Shown here piece by piece: positions 12,050-23,899 of a stretch of DNA of 64,000 nucleotides. A program made the translations under genes and the position numbers. The notes under the pieces were generated by a model. It did not search any database and had not been told where the DNA came from. It worked only from the letters and a program-made list of their open reading frames with translations. Source of the DNA: Picochlorum sp. SENEW3 (lineage: Eukaryota); contig CP120464.1 of the NCBI GenBank assembly GCA_034226945.1, positions 434,001 to 498,000 of the forward strand, read 5' to 3'. Numbering within the stretch: position 1 is the stretch's first letter; each line of letters starts with the position of its first letter.

Positions 12050-14027
12050 TTACAAGAATACGTCATTTATATGCAGTCTTGTCATCACGTATGGGTCAGA
12101 TTGTCTACCAAAGATATCATGTATCAGGTTGAGTGATTCTGCTGGGTTGGCATCGTGTGCATATGCATCCTGAAGCAGTGATCCGTACCTGCGGAAGACA
12201 TGGGTGTCTGAGGGAAATACTTCCAGTTGCTTGATACATTTTGTGTATGCAGCCGTGTGTTTGTACTGAATCTTTCCATCTGCAAGTTTGTATGTGATAG
12301 ATGGATGATATGCCTCTCCCGATGCACCAGACATGCTGTGCATTTTTGCCTTGCCCACATATGTGCGCAGCCATGTCTGGCTCTGTTTCACACTCTCAGG
12401 ATCTTGGCAGAATTGGATACACGGGTCTTCCTTGTCTTCACTAAAAAAATCTGCGTTCGACAAGGGCGTATCGTTGCTAGATCGCCTTTCCTGATATTCT
12501 ATCGTGCCAATGAGAGACACAGAAGGGCGTACATGCGAGAATTTGGCATCTTGCAGTAGCCTTCCAGATTGATTGCATACGACCGGTCCTGCGACAGACA
12601 GCAATGCATTTCGTACAATATCTAGTTCTCTTGTACTACATTGCTTCGCATGTGCGACTATATTCCGAATCAGAGGAATCATATTTGGCAGCAGCAGGGT
12701 CTGTACTGCTCGCTGTCCCTGGCATGCCAGACCAAGGATCGCACCGTATATGGCGGGCAAGTATTTTTCTGGGTCTACTTTTAGACTCTGAACGAATTGT
12801 TTTTGGACGCGAGGGGCCACTTCTGGGTAGTTCGAGCAGATGCTTGCAATAGCCTTGGCTCCAAACTCTCTCTGATCCCACCTGTACTTTCTGTTCAACT
12901 CCCTCACGCTCTCTTTTTCCTTCATTTTCACATCAACATGAATCTGGGGAACATCAAGAATCACATCCATGATTGCTGGTATTAATTCGTGTAAATACCA
13001 ACTGAGATCAACTGTTCTATTGGAGGCAATGCACTCTGCTGCTCTGAGAATATTGACCAGCTTGACTGCGTGATACCGAGTTGATACCTTGTCAGTCGAC
13101 GGCACCTCTTTTCCACATTCCACTAGTATTTTATCGGCAAATCTATGGCATAAATATGGCGCCAGAGGCTGAAGGCCAGCATCCAGCCTCAAACTCGCCA
13201 AGGTTGCATCAAGCACTCTTCCACGTTGGCTCGACCCTTCCTCCAAAGCCTTCATAATTTGATCCATATACATGTTCAATTCCTTGCTCAACACATGTTT
13301 CAGGGGCGCTTTCACCAAAACCCCTCCAGGAGCATCATGCACAGCACCCTCTCCCCCATGGCCAGATCCTTGTTGGTCCTTCCCAGCTTCACCATTCACA
13401 TTGGCATTTATTTCTGGCTCTGGAGCCAATATCTCCTTCTTTTGACGCTTAGGACGATGCTCAGGAGGTAGCATGGGCACGTTTTCAGGTATATTTGGCT
13501 GCACCCCATGAATGGACAACCAGTGAATTCGCACCCCAGCCTCCCATGGAGGAGGAGGCAGTGCCTTCTCCAATGCAGCATCCAAAGGAATGATCGGATC
13601 CTCTACACGAAGAGCCTGCGCATGACCCGCTAATTTCGCAAATCGGAATGGGTCTGACGTATTTGAAAGCCCATATACTGGCTGCAATATTCCACCAACT
13701 CCTGTCATAGACATCCCTCGTCACTACCCCATCTAAAGCACGTACCTCAATATTCAAATTTCGGAATGCATTGTTGATGTCATCAGCGTTAATCTTAGAT
13801 CTCCTCGACTTTCTAGCAATTTTCTTGGCGTGCTGAATAAAAAAAACGACAAAGGTCAGTCCCTGCCTTGCAGCATATCCTCGAACTGCTATCTGTTTTC
13901 GTACCTCTACAATTTCCCTGAGTTTATAATCAACGTCTGATGCGAGCGAGCGGAGAGCCTCTTTCGTAGCAGTGATGCCAAGGCTCTCTGCTACTGATTC
14001 AGCAAACTCTATTCTCACCGCATTCAT
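12050..14027 (-). CDS. TAF6: TFIID subunit TAF6
   Basis: N-terminal histone fold (AESVAESLGI...LASDVDYKLREIV), HWLSIHGVQPNIPEN, KHVLSKELNMY, LASLRLDAGLQPLAPY. Spliced 5' end. Confidence 0.9.
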
Positions 14028-14099
14028 ACTAGTATAGTTACATACATTAATATCAATTTTGAGTAATGGTGGCTGGGGTGGGTGAATACAGGATCTTCA

Positions 14100-15491
14100 T
14101 CACCGAGCTGTGTAGGTGGTCTCATCCTCTGGGCGAGTCTGACTTGGCCTGGCATACTGCAGTAACAGCTCCTCTTCTGTCTGGCCCTCGTCGATGAGGT
14201 TGTGGATGTATGGCTGCACTTGATCAAATGTCCATTCCTTTTGGATTCGAAAGAGGTGTTCGAATCGGTCCTCGGGGTCGCGGGGCAGTTCTGTTTCAGA
14301 TAACTTTTGAATGGAAAATTGAGCAAGCTGCTCTCCAATCACGTCTTTTCGCGGTGGTAATCGTATCACCAAACACTCTCCTCGGAGCATGTCAGACGTA
14401 GGTTTGATGTCTTCAGGTAGAGCAGACTTCCATGCTGCCATGAACTCATCCAAGTTGTCCCAATGTTGCTGTTCCAGGAGTATCCCAATGCCCACGTGTT
14501 TGCACACGTGCCTGACATCCAGGGCATACAGCCTGGTCTCTCTCTCCCTCCAGTCTTCTCTATCAAGTTCTTCAATCATATACACCATATTTGTTTCCTG
14601 TCCTGTCGATATTCTATGCAAGAGTTGAAGCGTCAATTGGCCGCATACCCCATTATTTTCCAGTTCCTCTGCCAAAGGAATGTCTGGTACATTGTCCAAC
14701 GTCCACCCCTGCTCTGTGATTGTCAGCAGAAGAATCTTTACAAACATGGAAAATGCTTCTTGAGAGACACCCATCCATGCACCTCGAATTCTCACCGCAT
14801 CAATCTCCTGCAGCGCTTGAGATATTTCCTTGGGACTCGCCTGAACAGCATCTACAAGTGTCTCCCAATCCTCTCCGGCAGGCATCTGTGAGTCGGCCCC
14901 GTCTTCTGAAGTGATATCTCGAATAACGTGTGTTTTTTTTAACAAACGGTCGAGTGTGTGGAGCCTGGGCTTCATTCGAGTCAGCTCAAGGTGAGCATTG
15001 ACCAGCGCTGTTACAGTCACAGGCTCGTGGCCACTGCTGCCTTGACCCAACATCGCCTGCTGTGTGGCCCTACCCATATACGATGTGCTAGGATCTGCAT
15101 CGCTCGCGTCAATCATGTCTTGAGATGCAGCAGAGTCAGGTAGTGATGGGTCTTCAATCAGCATGACCAAATTGGTCGTTTCCACCTCCCTCACACGATA
15201 GGTATTGGTCGCGGAACACAATACAGCCTCCTCGTTCTCACATCCTTTGAATATAATCCTGAAGATTCAAAAACAGTAGCAACAATAGCATCGATGTAGA
15301 TCTATTCAGGGCAGGCATCGAATTCCAAATTTGAATTGAATTTGAATGCTCACTTGTGGCAGCACGCACCGATCTTCCATTAATTCTTGCATAATATCAT
15401 TAGATACTTCTACAAGTTTCAAATCATGTTGCAACGTGTCCTGATACCGCAATATTCTGCTCCCTCCAATCTTCGGGACATCCAAAGACAT
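14100..15491 (-). CDS. DCC1: Sister chromatid cohesion protein DCC1
   Basis: EAVLCSATNTYRVREVETTNLVML, VQASPKEISQAL, LPRDPEDRFEHLFRIQKEWTFDQVQPYI. One intron at about 15258-15369. Confidence 0.85.
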
Positions 15492-16139
15492 GTTGCGGCA
15501 GTGTATCGCGTTTGGATGACCTATCAGATACAAATAACCTTAAATACTGAATATACTATGCTCACTGACCTCACAATGTCCGTGTGAACATCATTATGAT
15601 GTGTGCAATTTTTAAAATATGGCAGTGACAGATGGACTTCCCATCGACTTTGGAATAGGCTACAATGACGGGGCCAACGGCAATGTGATAGCGCATGACT
15701 GCCAGCTTTCTTCTTCAAATGATGCATGGTTTGCCAACTCAAAGAAAAGTACGGGTGTGCGTGTTGCCATGCATCGTCATGGCCACCTGCACTGCAAGTT
15801 GTGCCACATGCAAGGTGATGCACCGGTTTGGCGACTCTGGATCTCTCCACACAGATGCATACGTCAATGCACAGCACAGAACCGATGCAGCCAGAACCGC
15901 TCCCATGTCTACGAAAAGTTTTCAATCCTTTGTATGATCGAATACCTGTTTGAATTTGCCACCTGGCCGGAAGGTGCGTGGCGATGTGATCGAGGCAAGA
16001 CCTCTGTCGGTCGAACCAATCGCGCCTATTTTCGTTGACTCGATGTATAAAGCCGCCGAAGACACCTCCAGATGTTCAAACAAAATTCATATTTGCATTT
16101 CTCTTGACTTTAGTTGTTTTAATATTGAATTATATCATC

Positions 16140-16753
16140 ATGAACAAGACATTGATCGTGTTTGCTGCCATTATGGCATGCGCTGCTGCTCAGCCACAGC
16201 TCAAGTCTGGTGCGTTGTTAAAACAGGTAGCTACCTCGGCGTTGCTCGCAGGTTCCTGGTAGTTGTGTTCTGTGCCTCATTCTATGTCTAATTCTTCTTT
16301 TCTTGGTATTATTTTGCAGTGGGAGACATGAAGGCCTACCTCCTGGACGTTGGAAACAAGGTTGACTTGCTCGATATCAAGCTCGACTTGGTCGGGAGCA
16401 TCCTCAATCTCACAAGCGATGTGTGGGAGTGGAAGGTGAACAAGACAACTGATGCTTTGGAGAACATTGCCGAGAAGTGGGACGCCAAGAAGAACAAGAC
16501 CTCCCAGTTCTGGGACAACAAGTTGAACGAGAACAGAGGTGTGTTCGTTGTTGACACCATGGACAAGGGCGATGTCTGGGATGCTTTGGCAAACAAGCTC
16601 GGTTTGGTGAAGAACAAGACTGCTGATGCTTTTGAGACTTTGCTCAACATCACAGGAAACATTATTGAGTGGAAGGTCAACAAGACCATGGACATTGTGG
16701 AGAATGTTGTGGATTTTGCTGAGGCGAAGAAGAACAAGACTGGATTCTACTAA
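16140..16753 (+). CDS. Small secreted protein with an internal duplication and many N-glycosylation sequons; function unknown
   Basis: Signal-peptide exon (MNKTLIVFAAIMACAAAQ...), phase-1 intron ending at 16319, then repeated EWKVNKT/AKKNKT. Codons are strongly C/G-ending. Confidence 0.75.
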
Positions 16754-16981
16754 ACCTTACGATATATATATCCCTGATTGACTTTCTTGCGGGGTGGCTT
16801 GCTCTGAGCAAGAGTATTTCCTGTGAAGCAGGGATTTGAGGTATCAGAGATCCATTGACAGAAGAGCAACCATAAGTTCTTCAGACAGAATACTTTCCCG
16901 TGTTTATATTATTTGCCCCATGATTACAAGCATATACCATCTATTCATGTAATTTGATTGAACCAAGAACAATGAGTAAGA

Positions 16982-18912
16982 TCACCTCTTCTTTCTGGCC
17001 TTTTTCTTTGCCTTCTTTTTCAATGCTGCATCTAACAAATGACTACCTGAATCTAATATTTCATCCATCTCCGTTGCTGCGTCATATTCTGCAAGAGATA
17101 TCTTGCCCTTTTTCAGCTTTTTCCAAAGCGCGTAGTCCTCATCTAGATCAGCCAATTCCTGCCTGCTTTCCAGAGTCCTCCTCTTTGCGGCAGTTAGTCT
17201 CACTGAAAGCTGCTGAGGCTTGGCCTCCTTTTTTCTTTTCTTTTGCGGCTTCTCTTGCAGTGAATTTTCCTCCTCTTGTTCCTGTGCAACTTTTCTCAGT
17301 GCGGTTTGTCTTTGCTTCTCTCTCATCTTGTCTTTGAATGGGATTGTGGCAGGATCGACAGGAGATTCTGAGAATCCTTCAAGTTCTCCTGCTTTTAAAA
17401 GCCTGGCAGTTTTTTTTACCTCTTTCATTTTCGGTAGTCGTAATAAGGCAAACGAAGATGCTAACCAACCCATTTGTAAATCGCCAAATTGGAAAATATA
17501 CTTGCAGACATGCTCCTTATACGCTCGCAGATAACTCACAAAGGCTCTCATCCCGAAATCCATCATCAGCCTGTCTGTCTCAGATTCCCTTCGAAGAACA
17601 TGGAGTATCTCATCCTTGTCTATACGTTCTTCTTCCCATGGCGTGCCATCCTCCTTCATGGGCACCTTCCTCAATTCCAAGAATTTCACGTATGACTCCT
17701 CCTGAGGAGTCAGAAAGATGACTGCATTGCCAGATCTACCCATCCGTGCCGTTCTACCACATCGATGTACAAATGAGGAAGGATCCTGTGGAGCATCATA
17801 CTGTAAGACCCAATGTACATCTGGAATATCCAAGCCTCGTGCAGCCACATCTGTTGCAATCAAAATACCCGAATCAGCCTTGGAGAAGGCATTCAGCGAG
17901 GCTTCCCGAGCGGCTTGTTTCATTCGTCCATGAAGAGTGTGTAGCATCAATTTGGGAGGATTCGTCTTCCCGGAAGCTCTCAACATGGCTCTAATAGCCA
18001 GGTGAAAATAATCAACACAGGCACATGTCAAAAAATACACAATTACCTTTTCCGAACTGTGAGCAGCTAAAAAGTGAAATAGATCACATACTTTCTGTCT
18101 TTGATCTGTAATTCGATAATAAACCTGTAGCGAACCAGGGGTCACCTGACCTTTTGCTGCCTCGGATTTGGAGGATTTGTATTCCACAGCAACAGCAACC
18201 CGAATGGGATTTCTCAACCCTGCTCGTGCAAGGGCCTTCACCGCATCTGTTTGCGTAGCACTAAACAATCCTGTCCTTCTCTGCCGTGGAATTTTCTTCA
18301 TGATGGAATCAATCTGGCGCTCGAACCCCATGTCTAACAGTCTGTCAGCTTCATCCAACACCAACACTTCCAAACACTTCAAGTCTATAAATCTACACCT
18401 TTCAAAGATATCATCGATTCTACCCGGAGTACCAATTAATAACGTACATCCGTCATTCTGGAGCATGGCCACATCTTCTTGCGGATCCCTGGCATTACAA
18501 GATACAACACGTCATCTCAGGACAAATCATCTCACACAAGTCTTGCAAATGTGACATACCTTCCTCCAACAAGCAGCGATACAGACGCCCAATCCAATGT
18601 CTTAACAAAACTAGAAGCCACCTCCATGATTTGCCTGGCCAACTCACGTGTGGGAGACAGGATCACAGCACCGACCTGATGCTTTTTCAGAGGTCTAGCC
18701 AACCTACGGAGCTTTTCGATAATTGGGACGACAAAAGCCAATGTCTTCCCTGAACCAGTACAGGCGTCAACAGATACATCCTTGTTCCCACTGAACAAAG
18801 GAATTGTCGCCTCTTGCACTGGAGTTGCACGTTCAAAACCAAGCACATTCTCAATCACATTTAGAGTCTCTTCGGTGAGCCCAAGCTCCGAAAACCTTTT
18901 CGAAGAAGCCAT
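16982..18912 (-). CDS. DDX55: DEAD-box RNA helicase DDX55/SPB4 (RH18)
   Basis: Q motif, ACTGSGKTLAF, SPTRELA, LDEADRLL, SAT, HRCGRTARMG, AFVSYLRAYKEH. One intron at about 18498-18559. Confidence 0.92.
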
Positions 18913-19332
18913 TGTGCTATTTGTAAATCATTAATTGATTCGTATCCACCTTCTATGCTTTCTCATCATCCAGAAGAACTCGAGCATGCCATGCTGCTAT
19001 GCAAGGCCATGCGACGAACAGAATCGATTCAGTATGAAGCATATACCCCATTAATTAATCATCATGACTAGAATGCAGTAATTAAAATATGCGGACATGC
19101 TCTTCAGGTATCATGCTTGGCCGGATTCAATGAGCATTGTATTCAAACAAAGGGTGAACTGCTATTTCCCATTGAATGTCCTCTTTGATAGGAGTACATT
19201 TGAACGCCATGTGGCGAGGCTCAATTGTTTGCCTTGTGTTGCATGCATGATGGATATGGCATTTGAAATCGCACAACATTTGCACATTGTACGTCTTACG
19301 TAGTACTGATAGCACTGATCAATCCCGCTGGT

Positions 19333-19842
19333 ATGGTTGCTGCATCGTGGCAGCAGACGACCCTTATGGTCTCTTCTGCATTCTGCGTTGGATACGCATT
19401 ATGAAACTATTTTTCTCTTAAAAAGTTGAAGAAAAAGATTTTCGCTCTGTACCCATCATCAATTAGCTCAGGTTCAGTCACTCAAGGAGATGAGCACCTC
19501 GTGCTGGCCATCGTTTTGCTAGCTGACCTGAGACAAGATCTGTCTTTTCTGGCAGATGTCGCATCTAGAACAGTTTTAGGTCAATTCAAGAAGTTATATA
19601 AACGGAGAGACCCTAGATTGGCAGAATGGGAGGCCACAGGGCATGCCATTGAATCATATTGTGTTGCAAAGGAGACAGAACTGCAAGAGTTTCAAATGAG
19701 AGCTCGAGAGATGCACATGCCAACGCATACATTTGTGACATTTGACTCTGAAACAAGAAATAAAATGAGAAAAGCCATGGTGATAGGACCAGGAGACGCG
19801 TGCTCCGTGTCATCTATTGTCTCATCACTACAGAAACTCTAA
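19333..19842 (+). CDS. Peptidyl-tRNA hydrolase 2 (PTH2)-like protein, divergent; 5' structure uncertain
   Basis: LVLAIVLLADL...LAEWEATG...ELQEFQMRA...MVIGPG...IVSSLQKL follows the PTH2 layout, but the catalytic motifs are degenerate. In-frame TGA at 19402. Confidence 0.55.
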
Positions 19843-19883
19843 CCACCTTGTGTAATTCACATTAGCATAATAATAATAGGGAA

Positions 19884-20753
19884 TTATAGCTTGAATATCT
19901 CAAATTCTGGTGATCCAAACATTTTCTCTGTATCTACAGCGCTCAAAACCTTTCTATCAGCTGAACTAGAGCGCATAGCCTTGCACACAAGATCTGCCAC
20001 ATCACCACGAGTGATTGTTCCACAAACGGTGGTATTCTCCGTCAACACGCCATTTCCGGTAGGTTCCTCAGACTGCAATCCTCCAGGGCGTACAATAATC
20101 CAGTCCATATCGGTTGACTTGAGCTTGGCCTCTGCCTTTTCCTTCTCCAAAAGCACTGGCTTGAGCACATCATAGACATCAGGTGAGCACCCGTCTTTTG
20201 AGTCACCTGTACCAATCGATGTCACCAGAATGAACTTTTGCACTCCATGCTTGACAGCAGCTTCAATCAAGTTAATATTTCCTGTCGAATCCGCTGACGG
20301 ATCGGCAGTTGTTCCACCAATCGTGGACACCACAGCATCCACCCCATCAATGGCAGCAAACGTCTTGTCAAGATCTTCTGGGTTCATAGCGTCTCCAATA
20401 GCAACAATGGCCATCATATCTTCAATTTCCTTTCTACGCTTCTCAGTCCTCTGAAGTTGCCACACCCAAGCACCCATATCTTTCAACCTACGAGTCAACT
20501 CCAGTCCCACTCCTCCTCCACCAGCAACCAAAATAGAAGCATTATCCGGATCTATCGCGGCAGAGGTCTGCAGCGCATCACCCCTTCTGATTTTGGGCGA
20601 TGACACTCCTCTTGTCCCCATGAAGACTGCGTGTTTTGCAGTATTTATGGTATATCGGACAGCAACGGGGGTAGATACACCGCCTCTCACTTGCTGCTGG
20701 CTGACAAGGCAGTTCCTTGCAGATGGTGAACAAATCGATGCTTTCATCATCAT
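19884..20753 (-). CDS. Plastid-targeted atypical SDR / NAD(P)-binding Rossmann-fold protein
   Basis: Transit-peptide-like N-terminus, ILVAGGGGVG, GNINLIEAA, FILVTSIG, IVRPGGL, ITRGDVA. Confidence 0.85.
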   Translation of the reverse strand: MMMKASICSPSARNCLVSQQQVRGGVSTPVAVRYTINTAKHAVFMGTRGVSSPKIRRGDALQTSAAIDPDNASILVAGGGGVGLELTRRLKDMGAWVWQLQRTEKRRKEIEDMMAIVAIGDAMNPEDLDKTFAAIDGVDAVVSTIGGTTADPSADSTGNINLIEAAVKHGVQKFILVTSIGTGDSKDGCSPDVYDVLKPVLLEKEKAEAKLKSTDMDWIIVRPGGLQSEEPTGNGVLTENTTVCGTITRGDVADLVCKAMRSSSADRKVLSAVDTEKMFGSPEFEIFKL

Positions 20754-20997
20754 GAATTTTCAGAAATAGAGTAAGATTTACAATGCGAATCGCTTCTGTC
20801 GAGAATCTATATCATCGATGGAGCAGCATTTGCAATCCAATCCTGATAGGGTGATGTATTTAAATGTTTATTCACGAAACTTTTCAGGAATTTGAATCAT
20901 GTGTTTACTCCACAATTCGATTCTTTTTTGAGAAGTATATACTATTGTGTTTCATAATTGAGATCCATGAGAAAGCATTGCGTTTGCAGCATAGAGG

Positions 20998-22989
20998 GTG
21001 AAGGAGCGCCGGGATATTTTTGCACGTATTCTCTACAGCACAAGATGCAGTCGTATTACACGTAGATGTCTTCATGGAGTATCAATGAGGCAATCAAGTA
21101 GGTTGGGGATCCTCCCGAAACGCTTGGAGGAATCCAGGCTGGCAGGATGGAGTGCAAGACTGGTGTTGTACCTTGGGCTGATGGTGGTGATTTTGGTGAG
21201 GCTGTTGTCGTCCCCAGGAGTCGAAGAAACAAGAGGGGTGGTGCTGGACCATTCGATTGTATCAGTCTTTAAGCCATTCAGAACAGATCATGATGCTCGA
21301 TCACAGTTGACGGCACTTTCGTCATGGCTTGGTATTCAGCCTGCTCCGACTATATACATCATTCTGGATCACGAGCAAAGCATACATCGTATTCAACGGT
21401 CGCTAAAGTCCGAGAGAGTTTATTTTATTCGCTTTATACATAGAGGCTTTCACGAGATTCCCCTCTTTCATGCAATTCTTGAGGTTGCCTCCTCAGTTGG
21501 ACAAGGAGGCCTCGTGACACTGATAAATAGCGATATACATATATCGCAACGGTATATTGACGCTCTGATACACATACATCAATGGTCACATCGTGTTACA
21601 AGGAATAGAGGGTATTTCGTGACTTCAGCCCGGATTGATATCGGTCAAAGCATAGAGGTTACAGAACAGTATGGGCAGAATAATGAGGATGCGATTTTGC
21701 ACACGTTTGGAGGGTTGGACGTGTTCTCGTGGACATCCAGCTCGCAGATTTTAATTAATCAAAGTGTGCCTCCCTTCATTTGGGGGAAATCGAGGTGTGA
21801 TAATTGGTTTCTCAACCAAGTCATTGCGGATGGCTTGGTGGATGTTGTGGATGCCACAGAATTGGGAGCAATCATGCATTATCAGCACTCCAGGCCGTAT
21901 TTAGGAAATCAATCGGATGAAACAATCAACGAGATAAACATCTGGACGAGTGTTCAATTCAGCAATTGGTATGCATATGTAAATGGGGTCTTGTCATTTC
22001 AGTATGGTGACTACCAGGGTCACCTCGGGACGGGCAGGCATACTGAGTTCAAAGTGTCTCCATGCGAAGAAGACACGCCCATGTGTATCATTCGGCGCAT
22101 GAGACCTGCTGTATGTCCATGTGAATATGCCAGCTACATGCCAAAGACACAGACAGACCCAATAGTGAAGCACAGTGGTACTGTCGAGTGCGGTGCAATA
22201 TCAATGGATTCTGGAAAGGACTTTCCATTGATGATTCGTGGTGGAAATAGCGCTCACGATCACCAGGCTCCTGTGCACGAGCTGGAGGAGCTTGCAGAAT
22301 TCGTCGCGAAGGGGCACGTAGTTTTGCTTCTTGCTTGCACGTCAGCGGATCAAATACCAGCATTGATGGAAGCCATGTGTCATTTGCAGTCGTTACAAAT
22401 ACATCCGCTTGTGATCACTTCAGATGAGTTGTGCTGGTCCCACTTGTATGTTCTCAGTGTGGCTGTGTATTTCCATTCAACTTCCAGAGAGCATGGTGGT
22501 GATGACGATATCGTACGAAGAGAAATTATGTTCGACTCAACTGCATCTCTCCTCTCCATGGGTCACCAGGTTATGTGGGCTGATGTTGGTGATGTGCGAC
22601 GTGTGAAAGAAATTTCATCGACTCCTCTCAAAGACTTGAGTCATGAGGATCCTGCCTCGATCGATCCTCACACATTCCTATACGACTGTGCTGATGGAGC
22701 TTCGTTGGATCTCAACAAGCGATGCGTCATCTACTTTATTCCAGAAATAGGTAGTTTGGAAACTGTAGATAAACTGCGCCAGGTAGAAGAAAGTATGAAG
22801 AAACCCGATGCTACTGCAGTATGTGGTAAAGATATTGAGTGTGGAAAGATGTTTGGAATGACATTTTCTCCCACACATGTACATATGCTCCCTCCAGAAG
22901 GGGGCAGGCGTGTGAAGGGCATCACCTGGCAGAGGCCTCAGATGACGGAAAACAACTATGATCATGCTAGATCCTTGTGTGTACACTAA
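20998..22989 (+). CDS. Type II membrane glycosyltransferase, RAY1 (beta-arabinofuranosyltransferase)/GT77-like
   Basis: N-terminal TM, SQLTALSSWL, IPLFH, LINSDI, PPFIWGKSRCDNWF, VVDAT, and a degenerate C-terminal nucleotide-diphospho-sugar transferase region. The likely ATG is at 21085. Confidence 0.65.
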   Translation: MKERRDIFARILYSTRCSRITRRCLHGVSMRQSSRLGILPKRLEESRLAGWSARLVLYLGLMVVILVRLLSSPGVEETRGVVLDHSIVSVFKPFRTDHDARSQLTALSSWLGIQPAPTIYIILDHEQSIHRIQRSLKSERVYFIRFIHRGFHEIPLFHAILEVASSVGQGGLVTLINSDIHISQRYIDALIHIHQWSHRVTRNRGYFVTSARIDIGQSIEVTEQYGQNNEDAILHTFGGLDVFSWTSSSQILINQSVPPFIWGKSRCDNWFLNQVIADGLVDVVDATELGAIMHYQHSRPYLGNQSDETINEINIWTSVQFSNWYAYVNGVLSFQYGDYQGHLGTGRHTEFKVSPCEEDTPMCIIRRMRPAVCPCEYASYMPKTQTDPIVKHSGTVECGAISMDSGKDFPLMIRGGNSAHDHQAPVHELEELAEFVAKGHVVLLLACTSADQIPALMEAMCHLQSLQIHPLVITSDELCWSHLYVLSVAVYFHSTSREHGGDDDIVRREIMFDSTASLLSMGHQVMWADVGDVRRVKEISSTPLKDLSHEDPASIDPHTFLYDCADGASLDLNKRCVIYFIPEIGSLETVDKLRQVEESMKKPDATAVCGKDIECGKMFGMTFSPTHVHMLPPEGGRRVKGITWQRPQMTENNYDHARSLCVH

Positions 22990-23182
22990 CGGCGCAGGGC
23001 GAGCATTAATTATCAATAATTATATGAAAATAAATGCATGAAAATTCGAATTGCTGTAATGAAGACCGAAAAGCGGGTGCATACGACAGTCACAGTTTGA
23101 AAATTTGAGCATTCAACGTGACGGAATATCAGACAAGAATTCGCTGTATATGCATCTGTAGACAATACTATCTTGTAAAAGA

Positions 23183-23857
23183 ATGTCCTTATTGAGCACA
23201 GCTAGAAGATTATGTTCGGGGCTCGTGTTCCTTCCTTTGCAGTGGTGTAAATACTATCTTTCCCTGTTTCTGTCATGGATGATCTATGTGGCTTCACTGG
23301 TTGGAGTACGGCCCAAGGGATACATCCCTGCATCGAAGTTGACTGACTTGAACCGAATCATAGAACACTTGTATGCACAAGAGGATTTGTACAGAAAGGC
23401 TATCAGAGAGTTGAAGGAAGAAATTGACGCAAAGGACACAGATAGGAAGAAGGCCATGAAGAAGTTGAAACACACGAAGGAGGAAATTGCTGTTTTATCT
23501 GATAATTTGAGCATGCTACGGCAGCAATACGAAAAGGACGATATGGTGCAGCATGCTGAGCATGAAGATGCATCACCAGGTCATGGGGGTGCCCTGTTTG
23601 TGCATGCATCATTCTGTGTGTTGATATGTATGCTGTGGCTCTTCTCGAGGATAGACGGCGGGGTGTTAGAATGGAAAATTGTCATGTCGGTGTTGTTCCC
23701 AATTTCGTGGATGTACGTGTCTCAAGTCGTGCAAGCATCAAGTGCAGGCACCATAGTGGTGGTCTTGCTCCTGTGCTCCATGTGGGCCATGATTGGCTTC
23801 ATTGGTTCACTTCTAATATCTTCCAATTCTACATCGAAACATGCTAATATCATTTAA
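23183..23857 (+). CDS. Hypothetical membrane protein with a coiled coil
   Basis: 224 aa ORF: N-terminal hydrophobic segment, heptad-rich middle, three C-terminal hydrophobic helices. Confidence 0.6.
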   Translation: MSLLSTARRLCSGLVFLPLQWCKYYLSLFLSWMIYVASLVGVRPKGYIPASKLTDLNRIIEHLYAQEDLYRKAIRELKEEIDAKDTDRKKAMKKLKHTKEEIAVLSDNLSMLRQQYEKDDMVQHAEHEDASPGHGGALFVHASFCVLICMLWLFSRIDGGVLEWKIVMSVLFPISWMYVSQVVQASSAGTIVVVLLLCSMWAMIGFIGSLLISSNSTSKHANII

Positions 23858-23899
23858 TATACTGTTCATTGTGACTGAGAAAAACGCAATATACATGTG

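Noticed and set aside
15524..16038. Several short overlapping ORFs between DCC1 and the secreted gene
   Set aside because: Cys/His-rich, random-looking translations; most likely a divergent promoter region.
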